Source: Harriotta raleighana
Lineage: Eukaryota
NCBI GenBank assembly: GCA_050575255.1
Contig: JBNZDD010013631.1
Location: forward strand, 935,989 to 999,988
Length of the DNA stretch: 64,000 bases
Reading direction: 5' to 3'
Position numbers and translations under genes: made by a program. The notes below the pieces were generated by a model. It had not been told where the DNA came from and did not search any database. It worked only from the letters and a program-made list of their open reading frames with translations. Below are positions 12,531 to 24,820 of this stretch, one piece after another; the first letter of the stretch is position 1, and every line of letters begins with the position of its first letter.

Positions 12531-13427
12531 GTGGTTTTATGGGGGCAATAATAGTCTTGAAAGTAATTTGAAGCTCATGAGGTCAAGCTGTGATTTTGAA
12601 AATGCTGCAACAAACATTAAATTCACTCTTGCCAAGTGGAGTTTTGACCGCTGTTTGTTCTGCATATGCACTACATTCTGGGAAACAATCAGAGCTTAGT
12701 CCTTTTTCTCAGTAGATACAGTGTACTGCACTTATCATTGATAGTTATACAGTAGCTAGCACATTCATTTTAGAATGATAGCACAATCATTTAATATTCA
12801 TGAGTTTGGAACAATGGAATTGCTTGTTCCAATGTCTGTTTATTACAGTAGTGTTCATTTTTAGACGTGTAAACGTAAAATAAAATATTTTTGTATCAAA
12901 ACAGCAACATTTATTAATGGAGGGAATGGTTATGCAATTAAGCTGCTATGGAAATATCATGCATACGAAAAATAACACTGAAGGTTCACAAATAATAAAA
13001 CCAATCTATGTTTCACAGTGATTTGTCACAGTGTACATAACTGCCAGTACAGTATAGTAGAATGTGATAGTGAATGGGATGGGTGGGGGTAGGGTCGGGG
13101 TGGAAATGGAGTAGAATGCTGAATATGATGAATCTCTCATTAGGAAGAACATAAGGCCTAAAAAAAAGTTAATATTTAAACAAGGAGGAGGAATGAGCTT
13201 CTTGGAATTGTGATTACGAGAAATTATTCTCTGCCTGCCAATAAATTTACTAGGTTTGCTAGTGCGCATGTCAACCAATTCTGCAGATTTACCAAGTGGT
13301 AGAAAAGAACTAAACTGGTATTCTACCAAATGAATTACTTTAGACTGGAATTAGATTTTTTTTCAGTACAAAAATATGAAGTTGCATTTCAAAGGCCTCT
13401 AAATTTAAATTCAATTTAATCATCGAT

Positions 13428-13467
13428 GGTGGGGGTGGGAGGGAGGGGGTGGGGGGGTGGTGGGTGG
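13428..13467 (+). repeat. G-rich low-complexity tract with G-quadruplex potential
   Basis: gggggtgggagggagggggtgggggggtggtggg: six runs of three or more G. Confidence 0.6.
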
Positions 13468-14804
13468 AGTGTGGCTGTGTTTAAATGAAACTGTGATACC
13501 TATCCAGAGTTCTTATCTTTGAGTTCTTCAAACAAAATGAAGTGCTCGAGATTGAAAATCTTTCCCATTTCAATAATTTCTACAAAGTTAATTCTGTTGA
13601 AACAAAGGCACCCGTGGGAAAGAAGCATATTTCAGAACAATCTCTGGCTACAGTGTATGGAAATCAGTGAATAACACACAGAAAGATTTACTGACAGCCG
13701 GTGGCCTGTGTAAAGTTTCTGACACATCTGAATCATTTGCTTGTTCCCTGATTGATTTCTAAGTTGTCCAAATCACTGACAGACAGAAAATTTGGCGGAT
13801 CATGAAAAGAAACAACAACATTCTGGCCACCATGTATCTCATTGAAGAATCATTATAAAACATAGCTCCAAACTTGCTTTACATTCTGCAAGGTCAAATC
13901 ATTTTTTTTCTTGCCCAAATAATTCATTTCGCTAATTCCGATTCTTATTGTCAAAGGCCATTCCGTCCATCCACTTTTACTCAGTCATAGCTGGTTCAGA
14001 CATGCTGTGTTCAATCGATCTCACAACTGCCCATCTTCGCTTGTGAACTTGTTTTATATCAAGGTTAAGGAGGAATTCAGGATAAGTGTACTTATAAATA
14101 TTATCGGAAAACATTTGCAGTAATCTGGAAGCAGCATTTTAACAGCACACATTAATTTTATCGGTGGAAAATAGTATCAACCACTAAAATTTAGCAGCGA
14201 TTCTACGAAGAAATGCATTTCCTTGTTTAAAATAAGAATAAATACATCGTTGAAGTATTTAAAGAAGATTCGGAATAAATAACTAGCCAGTGATATTTTA
14301 GATTCTGAACTTGTGCTACGCGATTTTCTGCATTAGAATTTTACTGAGAATAATGTTTAATAAGTATCACATTTGACACTTACTAAACATGTATCTTTCA
14401 AAGCAATCGCAGTTCCAGTAATCAGAGGGTTAAAATATGATCAGCTGTTACCGCATCCCGTGAAGCACAAATAGATATGGGGAAAAAACAGCTGCAACAT
14501 GAAATATTAAAAGCATAAAACTATTTAGATTCAAAATTCAGAACTTCAAAATAATTAGAACGTGTTTTACCATTGAAAGATGGAGCGCTGAAAAATAAGA
14601 GGCAGGATTACCTTTACTGTTGCTCGATTTTTGAGATAATGTAGGTGACGTATTGATGGGGTCTTGTCTGGAAAAGTTCCTAAGGCTGATGATGTAAATG
14701 AGATGAAGAAGAAATTTATGAACCTGAGATGCCTTGGCAGAATCTTATCATTTTAACCATGTAAAATATGTCCTTGGGTTGCGATGTTCAGTTTGATGTT
14801 AAAG

Positions 14805-15099
14805 ATAATAATAATGATAATCCTTGCATTTGTTACAGCGCTTTTCAAGAGTTCTAGATGTCTTAAAGCACTTCATAGAATATACTGTAAAGTGAATTGA
14901 CTGTATATGGGCGAAACGCTGCAGCCAATTGCGCACAGCAGTGTCCCCACAAACAGTCGTGAATTGAAATGACCAATTTTTTTTGAGGGATTATTATTAG
15001 GTGTGTGGAGTAAGAAAACTTGCTCCAAGGTTTCTACCTGACTGGATTCGAACACAGGTCTCATGCTTGTAAAGCGAATGCTCTAGTCACTGAGTACAG
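14805..15099 (-). mobile_element. tRNA-derived SINE, short form
   Basis: Tail, body and head (ggattcgaacacagg...ctctagtcactgag) match the family. Confidence 0.92.
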
Positions 15100-15378
15100 T
15101 CTCTCTGCACCCTCACTCTGGAACTCCATCCCACAATTCTTTCATCTCTCTTCCTCCTTTGCCTCCTTCAAGGCCAGTCTCAAAACCTTCCTCTTTGATT
15201 ATGCCTTTTGCTGCCCTCCCAACTCTCTCCCTTCCCTCTGAACTCTCTCCCTCCCCTCCCACCTCCCTTGCAGCTGTCCCCTGCTCGGGTCCTGACCTGA
15301 CTGTTCAGCATCTTGGGACATCCTCCCGATGTGAAAGGTACTCTAGAAATGTAATTTTGTTGTTGTTGTTGTTGTTGT
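15100..15378 (+). mobile_element. L2 LINE 3' end
   Basis: APSLWNSIP...FKASLKTFLFD; tail gatgtgaaaggtactctagaaatgtaattt(tgt)n. Confidence 0.93.
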
Positions 15379-17442
15379 ACAGGACTCCATATAACTAAGA
15401 TCCCATGTAACTATTCTAAAATATAACAGAGTTTCTCCCAATGTCCTGGTTCTCAACCCCTTGAGTGATCATTCACTACATGTCTGTTTTATAATTCATT
15501 GGTGTAAATTGACTGTGCATCCGACTACAGACCTACAATCACTACACATTCATGTCAATCGCGTGAAGTGGTCGAGACATTTCGATGGTGTGATAAGGTG
15601 CAATGTCAGATGATCTGATTATCATTGTTACGCGCGCATTAATTTAGCTTCCTCACAAATGTTGGAGGAAGAGTGGGGTCACCTCTTCTCCAAGCCAACC
15701 ATCGTCCAAACTGCTCTTGAGTCAACTGCTGGGATTTGTGTTAGAACACCAATACGTGACTTGCCTTCCAATTCTCTTTTGCTCCCTGAGGGCACCTCTG
15801 GTTGGCACCTTCCCCAACAGTCTAACTCAGATTAGGTGTTCACAGTGTGGGCACTGGTAAGCACACTGCCACATCATATCATTGCATGGTACAATGCATT
15901 GGCACACAAGTGTGTTGCTTAACTGGGCTGCCTCAACTGCTTGCTTTGGGGCCAACAAATAGGAAGAGTTCATTTTGCCATTAGGGTTTGCATGCTTCAA
16001 CCTTTTCTTGACCGTATACAGTATTTCCAACTGTGTGTTGTTACCCCAGTGCAAGGACACTGCCATAGTTTAAACTGTTTCTATCCTGTATTGAGATGAG
16101 CTATTTATGCATAGTACAGTTATGAATAGGCAGAATCCACCTTCGAAGGTCTTATTTAACTGGCGAGTTCTACGCCATAAGTATTGTGCTTGTGACTATT
16201 TAAAAAGTTTTATATAGTATGTACAGTATTTAAATCACACGGCAAGCACAGTACTGTATAGGCAGAATTTCTAGTTGCTTCGGGACATTCAACAATTCCC
16301 TATCAAACATAAAAGATATCCCTCAGCCCTCAAAAATAATTGTCTCCCTATGTTATCTCAATGCTGTGTGTTATCGAGTGCTAAAATGCATCTTAATTTC
16401 TATGATTCCCCATGTAAGGTTCAAACCACAGTTGATATTTTAGATCTACAATCTCGCAATCATTTTTTTCAATGCCATTTTAATATTTTAACGTCAACCA
16501 TATTTTGTCAACGCCAATAACATTTGATAATGTCACAATAATGATCCCTGATATTTCATTGTGCACCTTTTTTAAGTTCATACAATGTCTCAAAGTGCTT
16601 TGCAAGAATTAATGTAAAGTACAGTGATTGCATGCTTTGAGCAGCTTCTACGAAGAGAGAGAGAAAGGACAAATGGAAGAGTGAAACATTCCTTATAGTC
16701 TTTCACCACTCTCGCAGGAATGTTTGATACAGAATTAGCCATAGAAGCAGTCAATAAGTCACACTCAGTCAAATCGTAATTAATAATAATAACGATCCAC
16801 GCATTTTACATAATGCCTAAATATCAAAATGTTTGTCATATGAGGAATGGCTCTCAATTACAGTGACTGTTGGAAGAGGGAACGATTTCCATTGTCGATC
16901 GTGTTGTTGAATGTTTTCATGAATTATGCCGTTGGATGGCATTAAAAAGCGAATTGTCTATGAATAAACGTCATCAGATTTTAGCGATTCTGTTCGCAGA
17001 CACTGTCACTGCTGTTGTACTCAGGCAGGGATCTCTTGGTACATTTCCAAAGTGACTTTTAACGAAAGAAACAACTTTGAAGATATACAGAGAACATCCA
17101 TTGTACCCTTGTAGAGTCCAGCAATTCTAACGGATACAAAATTTTGCTTCTACACACTGTCCTGGGGAGGATCCACTTATACATCTTCCAACAATAAAAC
17201 TGGGCAAAAATTTGCATGTTTCAAACTAAATCTTACAACAACAACTTGCACAATACATACATACGTATATATATATATATAGCGCCTCACACAGAATTGG
17301 AATAATACAGTATAGGAAAGAAATTGGATAATGTTATTGATACTAAATTTTTCTTCTTTGTTCTTGGTAACAATTTACATTAAATAGATTCCTGCGGACA
17401 TTTATTGGAGAAAAAGAAGTTCAGTAAAGCCCACCTTTCTTA

Positions 17443-17742
17443 TAATAATATTAAGAATAAGAAGAATAATAATCCTTACATTTATATAAAGCTTTCCACA
17501 TCTTATCGACGACTCAAAGCGCTTCACAGAATACAACAATGTCCCAAAATAAGGACCAGAGTAGTGGGGGAGGGGTCAGAGTAGGGAAAAAAAAGGGAAG
17601 AAAGGGGGGAAAAGAGGTGGGGACCAGAGCAGGGGAGGGAGGGGTCATGGTAGGGGGGAAGGAGAGTAGGAAAATTGACTGTACATTTGTGGGCGAAACA
17701 TGGCAGCCAAATTGCCCACAGCAGTGTCCCACAAACAGTCGC
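17443..17742 (-). mobile_element. SINE 3' half with an inserted purine-rich L2-3'UTR-like segment
   Basis: SINE tail to about 17535, purine-rich insert with two ggaccagag...gaggggtca units, then SINE body resumes at aattgactgtacatttgtgggcgaaac. Confidence 0.75.
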
Positions 17743-18149
17743 AGAAGTGGGGCCAGAGGAGAAATTCATTTGCTAGCTCCCTAGAAAGAGCTATCCTTTA
17801 GTTACATTCACTTTTATTTTCCCCTTATTCTTGTTTATATTTAAACACTAATAGTTTGGTTTTTCCTCTCAGTTAGACCGGACAGTATAGCTGCCACATG
17901 TACGTTCTATAGCTTTGGCATATTTGCGTGGGCTGTCCGGAAACTCTTAAAAATGTAAACCAGACATCAAAAGCCTGTGTTTATTTTTTTTACAAATAAT
18001 TATTTCTGTGCAGTTTTCTGCAATGGCATTAATAATTAGTGTTACTCATGTTTCCAATGAAATAATTCCTCAGAACACAAGCCATATCCCACCGCTGCCT
18101 CACCATTCTCCCTCCCACTGTCTAATTTGGGAATTGGCAAAACTGAACA

Positions 18150-18400
18150 ATACTGCTGTACGCTCACATCAATACTTTGCCTGTGTTTTCTCTCTTACTG
18201 GGCTCCGCGACCCTATCGTCCCCATCCTCGTCAGACTCCACTGGTTTCCCATCACACAGAGGATTCAATACAACATCCTGGTCCTCCCCTTTAATGCCCT
18301 TCATGGCCTCAACCCTGACCCCACCCCACCCCACTAAAATAACTTTCAGTACCTTGGGACGACCTTCCAACATGAAAGACTTATACAAATGTAATTCCGT
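18150..18400 (+). mobile_element. L2 LINE 3' fragment, internally deleted
   Basis: DPIVPILVRLHWFPITQRIQYNILVLPFNALHGL followed by the tail ccttgggacgaccttccaacatgaaag. Confidence 0.88.
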
Positions 18401-19567
18401 CATTGTTTCTTGGCCTGATCTTTAATAGGACATGAATGTGTGTGTGTATGTTATTTTTAAAAAATTCTATTTCCTGTAAATAAGAATTAAAATATAAGCA
18501 ATAACCCATACCTGGTTTTAAATAAATGTACTCCAGTTTCATTATTCATCTCGTTTTTCGTAAGTGCTTTGCACACACAGTGTAAGAAATGAAAATGAAC
18601 CTTGACAGTAGCCTGAGGGAATCCAGGGACACCCAATGGGAAGAAATGCATCGGAAATTATGTATAAGTGGAGTTAAATGACTGAGGGTAACAAGCATTT
18701 TGATATAATTAAATTTTGTTGGCTGCAAAATTAATGCTATTTTAGCTGTTAATTGCAGCATTTCATTAAATCATTGGTTATGAGCTTTTACTATCCAACT
18801 ACTGTACATACAATGCTGTGTTTTCCGGGAATATTTCCGTTGATTAATTATTGAACAAGTTGACTTTTACCCTTATACATTTGTATTGTTGTGACAAGTG
18901 AAATGAATAATGTAAAATCGTTTTTTTTTTTTTTTTGCCAGATCGAATTTGAGGATACTGTTAGCGAAACGCAAGAGGGAAGTACAGGTACTGTAATTGG
19001 ATATAATATGCATTTCCTGTCATTTCGTACTGTTCTGATCAGAAATAACAGAAATCCTTCATTCTGTAACAATTTTTTTTTCTTTCTGAGAATAATTCTG
19101 ACATTATTGCCTAATTTCCCTATGCTTGTTCCAGCAGCTTTGATTCTTTCGCAGCATAGATCTCGTTTAAATTCCCACATGTTGATTGGACTTGGTGGAA
19201 ATAAATCAATAAATAAATAAGAAATAAAGTCAAACACCAAAATCTCTTGACTAAACCTGCTTCAAGTTTTGAACTGACCATTCTTAAACGTACATGTTCC
19301 ACACCCACGCGTAGCACGAGAAATCATTCATTCACACCATTGTCCTTAATGCTGTTGTCGCTTGGGGAGAGAAATTAAAACAAGTCGCAGAACACAATTG
19401 AAAGTGCCCTCGTATATTACTGAATTGAATTGAATTGAACGTGGTAACTGCTATATGAATGTATCAGTAGTGTTGGACATGCCTCACTTGTCTTATAATA
19501 ATCTTTGTATTCAATATCTTTGACGCCCTAATCGCAGGAAATATCAGAAGGCGACCTCGCCTGTTTT

Positions 19568-20385
19568 ATAAGAACATAAGAATTAGGAGCAGGAGTAGGT
19601 CATTCGGCCCTTCGAGCCTGCCCTGCCATTCAATAAGATCATTATCTTCTGACCTAACTCTAATTACCTGCCCTATCCCCATATCCCCTAATCCCTCTAT
19701 TTAAAAAAATCTATCAATCTCAGCCTTGAAAATGTTCAAGGACTGAGCATCTACAGCCTTCTGGGGTAGTGAATTCCATAAATTCCATGAATTCCATAAA
19801 TTCACTACCCTCTGAGTGAAGAAATGTTTCCTCAACTCTGTTCGAAAAGGCTGACCCTTAATTTTAAGACTGTGACCCCTGGTTATAGATTCTCCTACCG
19901 GGAAAAACAATCCCTCAGTGTCTACTTTATCCAGCCTTTTAAGAATCTTATATGTTTCATTAAGATCCCCACTAATTCTTCTGTACTCTAGAGAATACAG
20001 CCCTAGTTTATTCAACCTATCCTCATAGGTCAGTCCCCTCATCCCAGGAACTAACCTAGTGAATCTACGCTGCACCCCCTCTAAGGCAAGTATGTCCTTT
20101 TTTAAATAAGGAGACCAAAACTGCACACAATACTCTAGGTGTGGTCTCACCAAAGCCCTCTCGACTCTCTACCTCCTCCTTGCTCCCACCCTCCCCCTCC
20201 CCCCTCGCCCCGAACATTTCCCCCTGCTCGGGTCTTAAATCATCTGTCCAGCGCCTTGGGACGTCCTCCTGACGTGAAACGCGCTCTATAAATGTAATTT
20301 TGTTGTTGTTGTTGTTGTTGTATACAGTTGCAGCAAGACTTCCCTACTCATGTACTCTAAACCTTTTGAAATGAACGCTAACATG
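19568..20385 (-). mobile_element. CR1 LINE ORF2 C-terminus and 3'UTR, interrupted by an L2 tail
   Basis: ORF 19701-20153 VRPHLEYCVQFWSPYLKKDILALEGVQRRFTRLVPG...TRGHSLK...FFTQRVVNLWNS; (tgttctta)n tail; CR1 sequence continues at 20321-20385. Confidence 0.97.
20160..20320 (+). mobile_element. 5'-truncated L2 3' end nested in CR1
   Basis: cagcgccttgggacgtcctcctgacgtgaaac...ataaatgtaattt(tgt)n with CpGs largely intact. Confidence 0.93.
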
Positions 20386-21281
20386 CTGTTTCTTCTGTTT
20401 CAAAGGCCAATCACAGACAGCGACGGGGCCAAATTATATTTGGTCTGTGCTGTAAACACCTGTGGAGGCTGCAATTCCAAAGCTATAACAAGCAAGTTGG
20501 TCCTAACTGGACAAGCCAGGCAGTTGGGGGTCAGTTTGGGAGAATTTCAGTTTGTTTCTGGTTTGGGTATTGTCATATGGTGACCAATCCTAAAGGCAGC
20601 CCAAGCTAATTGCAACATGGGGTATATTTCAAAGACCTACTGTACTTGGCAGTCTCTTTAAAATGCAGAATTGTCCAGATTGGCATGCCCATGAATTAGT
20701 GTTGGTGTCCAACCAGCCCCCTGGGGGGATCACTGATTTAGTGTCTGTGGCTTGGGGTAATTTGCAATGGAGAACAGACTGTGCAGAGTTTTAGAGCCAA
20801 CCTGACTTCTATAATCCTGGGTTTGGCACTGCATTCAATCTGTTTGCTAATTTGCTGAACCCAAACTAGATGACCTGCACTAGAACAATACACTCCAGTC
20901 CCGCATCGCATGGCATCCATCTCAGTGGTTAAGTGTCACTCGGAAACAAATTAAAGTTGGATCTCGGGAAGAAGGAGGTAGGAGGAGGAGGTTCTTAAAC
21001 TCAAATCAATCACATGACGAAGAAGCCTTCCCGAATCCTCTGTGACAAAATCACAGCATCAAGCCATTCTGGGTTCATGATCTCACTAGCAGCTGGGATT
21101 TGTTGTACATTCATTGCAGAAAGCAGTGTCTACAGTGGCTCTCGTACAATGTATCACTGTATTCTGATGATCGTAATTTAACCTACAAGCACTATTTGTA
21201 TGATAATGGGATCTTCATCAGAACATATTGAGGTTCATTGCCTCGTAGGTGGGGGCCGCACTAAATTAAAAGGTATTATAA

Positions 21282-21605
21282 CAGATCTGCCCTGTAATCC
21301 TGACAATCCGAAAGCTGGGCAACTCACCTGAAACCCGTGAGATTTCAAAATAGAACAGTATTGGATTTTTTTTCCCCCGATGCCCGGCAAATCTTCCGAA
21401 GTTCAGAACAGCTGCTGTGGTCACTCTGTCATGGCTGGCTGCGCTGAGGGTGGAGATCGGGAATTTTTTTGGCTTCATCGCTGTGTTTACAGCACACATG
21501 GTGTGTGGGGCAGGGGCTTCCCCAGCCATTTTTGGGCAAGTTTCTAAATAAAAATCCGGGAGCTATGTGGGCTCAACTGTGACGGATTTTCGAGGTTTTA
21601 CTGTA
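21282..21605. mobile_element. Possible degenerate pogo/Tigger-like MITE
   Basis: Right end cggattttcgaggttttactg-TA resembles a pogo-type TIR with TA target; left end cag...taatcctgacaatccg matches only weakly. Confidence 0.4.
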
Positions 21606-21626
21606 AAGCAAACTGACTTTAAATAG

Positions 21627-21942
21627 TGGAGCTCCTGTAGCTCAGTGGTTAGTCACCTTACAAGTAAGAGACCTGTGTTCGAATCCAGGCAGGTCAGGGC
21701 GAAACCTTGGGCAAGTTTCCTTACTCCACACACACGCCTGATAATAATCCCTCCAAAAAAACCTATAATAAATTGGTTATTTCAATCCACAACTGTTTGT
21801 GGGACAGTACTCTGTGTGCAATTGGCGTTTCACCCACCAATATACAGTCAATTCACTTTACAGTATAATCTGTGAAGAGCTTTGAGACATCTAGAAGATG
21901 TGAAAAGCGCTATATCAAATGCAAGAATTATTATTATTATTA
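21627..21942 (+). mobile_element. tRNA-derived SINE, short form, full length
   Basis: tagctcagtggttag (A box), gttcgaatcc (B box), body and (att)n tail. Confidence 0.95.
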
Positions 21943-22327
21943 CTGATGTACTGTAATTGGAGTTTTGTCTTTCGGTCAGCTGAGTATCTAACACATACAG
22001 AAACCCATCAACATACTTAAGAGTGCCAAGGATGGAACACAGTTCTTAGTCCAAATAAGGAGTTTTACCTCAGTATAAGTCAGGAACAAGCATGCTGAGC
22101 ACAGGTAAGTGTTAATTAAGTAAATGAACAGTTTTGTAGCATTTGTTAACACCTATTCCTTGTGATAATTAATAGGAGTTTATTAGTTCACAAACAGCAC
22201 AAACGTATACCCTAGTGTCATCTGTTATGCAGACAAACACAGCAGCTAATCATTGTCAATAATACCCCACAAATATTAATGGGTTGGATCCGATTTTTCT
22301 TGGATCCTAGAATTTGATAAATTTAGT

Positions 22328-22548
22328 AAGGAATTCGGCCCTCTCAGAGAAGTCCCACTGTTCATTTAACACCCCTCCAAGCCTTTCTTTCATAAATCCA
22401 TCTATTTCCCTCTTGAAATCCACATTGACCTGTATCACTAACAACTTATTGGGCAGGATATTTTACACCCCCAACAACTCTTTCTGTGAGAACCAAATCT
22501 CTCAAACTCTCTTTCCTCTTATGACTACCTTACATCCATGTCCTCCAG
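22328..22548 (-). mobile_element. Old CR1 3' fragment
   Basis: attcggccc...atctatttccctcttgaaa...tatgggcagg...acaactctttctgtgag...atccatgtcctc resembles the CR1 3' region in reverse. Confidence 0.6.
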
Positions 22549-22937
22549 TCGAGGTCTAGTGGCAAGAAGCCTAGGAGAACGCATGCTAAATAGTGCAATG
22601 GGAACTGTAACATCGATCTGAACAACGCTTACTCTAACATCTCATCGAATGGCACTGGACTGCCTTCTTCAATTACAGATTTAAGTCCCAATGAGGAGTT
22701 TGAACCCGTAGCCTTTTAAACCAAAGGAAAGATTGTCATGAACAGAGCCAAACTTACACAGCTGCAGTTAAGTGTTTCAACATGTGCATAACTTTATGTT
22801 GCAACTCCTTTTTTTAAAATCAGATTTCAATTTTCCTTAGCTTGTTATAGGACAGAAGGGTACTGCGGAGAAACGCTGATGGCCACAAGGATGCGAACAG
22901 ATATCTGCAGAATCAGAAAGCTATCTATAATAATACG

Positions 22938-23630
22938 TAATAATAATCCTTGCATTTGATATAGCACTTTTCACATCTTATCGACGTCTCAAAGCACTTC
23001 ACAGAATATACTGCAAAGTGAATTGACTGTATATTTGTGGGCGAAACTCGGCAGCAAATTGCGCACAGAGCAGCGTCCCCAGAAACAGTCCTGGATTCAA
23101 ATAGTATGGATAGGGCACATTTTCAGAATCAGCATCCACAAATGACACTGGTTTTATTTGAGGGATTGTTGGCTTGGAATCCGAGATCAACTCCAATCTA
23201 TTTTCGAATAGTGCCATGGGATATTTAACATGGAGTCCTATAGTATATTGGTTAGAGCACTCTCCACACAAGCGAGAGGTCCTGTGTTCACTTCCAGGGC
23301 TGGGCAAAACCTTAGGTAAGTTTTCTTACCCGACACACCTGTTTACCTAGCATTCTGTGGGAACGTGCCCTAGCATTATTATAAAAATAATCCTTGCATT
23401 TGATATCGCGATTTTCATATCTTATCGATGTCTCAAAGTGCTTCACATAATGTACTGTAAAGTGAATTGTACATTTGTGGGCAAAACGCGGAAGCTAATT
23501 CCGCACAGCAACGTCCCCACAAACAGTCGTGGATTGAAATGACCAAGTTTCTCATCGCTTTACATAATATGATTTCAATTCCTAACATGTGGTCTTAAAA
23601 CCACAACCTATCACTGAGCCAGGCTGACAC
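22938..23630. mobile_element. SINE cluster: minus-strand tail and Deu domain (22938-23230), plus-strand head (23231-23352), minus-strand tail (23385-23548), old head remnant
   Basis: ttcgaatagtgccatgggatatttaaca is the Deu core in reverse; tggagtcctatag...ggttagagcac is a head; a second tail copy follows. Confidence 0.85.
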
Positions 23631-24510
23631 GCTAAAGCAATGTTACCCTATTTGAAGGCCACTATATAAATTCAAGTTGTTATTGTAAATAAAGCATCTT
23701 CTAAGTGCACTTAGGCTTCACTCTTCTCTTCTGCCCTGACTCAGTCCATGTGCTGAATAGAATTATAGCATGAGATGAAATACGTAGATGCACTCTTCAT
23801 TTTGATTTGTGGTGCAAGATGGTGGGAGATTCATAGTTGGCTGTTTGCAGGCATGCTAATAAAATTTCAGGGCTTGGAAACATTTTAAATCCAGAGATTT
23901 GTGCGCAGACCAGAGTAAATAAATCTGCCCCGTTTAATTTGCCATGTTAATTAAAATCGGCCATAAACTTTGCAATAAATATTGTTTGAAGCTACACCTC
24001 AAGCAGGATTAAATAGGCTCTGTTCACCTAAATTTTACACTAGAGCAAACCTGTTGCAAATTAAACCTTACAAGTTTACATTGAAACTAATTCCTGGACT
24101 CAGTTCACAGACAAGGGGAATGTCTCAATGGAAGCTTATCTAATGCTAATCACTGAATATAGAGCCATCAAAAATTTGGCATGTGATAATATCACTGGTG
24201 ATAATTATCACATCGACCAAAATATCAATCAGAAAGGAAGCCATCACTAGTTAATTCCTGGGTTAATTCCTGAAGCCAAAAGTAGCTATTGACTACTTTT
24301 GACTGCTTTTTTGCTCAAGGTGATAATTATCACTGATGACAAGATCACGTCACAATTTTGACTCCATCGATCATCTTGTCACATCATTAGGATGTGAATT
24401 CCTGTAACTTCCTGTAATAGATTCCAGATAAGAATGAATTGGATGCACATTTGAAGAAGGGGGGAATAAAAGGATCCAGGGAAACAGAAAGAAAATGGAG
24501 TTGGGATTAT

Positions 24511-24820
24511 AGTCCTGTAGCTCAGTGATTAGAGCACTTGCCTCACAAAATGAGAGACCTGGGTTTGATTCCCGGCAGGTCAGGGCGAAACCTTGGGAAG
24601 TTTTCTTGCTCCACATGCCTGATAATAATCCCCCCAAAATAATGATAAATAGGTCATTTCAATCCAAGACTGTTTGTAGGATACTGCTGTGCGCAATTGG
24701 TCCCAGGTTTCACCCCAAAAAATATACAATCAATTCACTTGAACAATATATTCTGTGAAGCACTTTGAGGAGTCTAGAAAACGTGAAAAGCCGCTATATC
24801 AAATACAAAGATTAGAATTA
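24511..24820 (+). mobile_element. tRNA-derived SINE, short form
   Basis: gtcctgtagctcagtgattagagcac...ggtttgattcc...body...gctatatcaaatac. Confidence 0.93.

Noticed and set aside
14611-14690. Minus-strand exon candidate (catcatcag ... AAG|gtaatc)
   Set aside because: Translations are unrecognised and such matches are expected by chance.
19701-20153. 150-aa ORF as a host gene
   Set aside because: It is a CR1 ORF2 C-terminal fragment.
21627-21700. tRNA gene-like heads (also 47975, 48731, 53905 and others)
   Set aside because: They have A and B boxes but no complete cloverleaf and continue into the SINE body.
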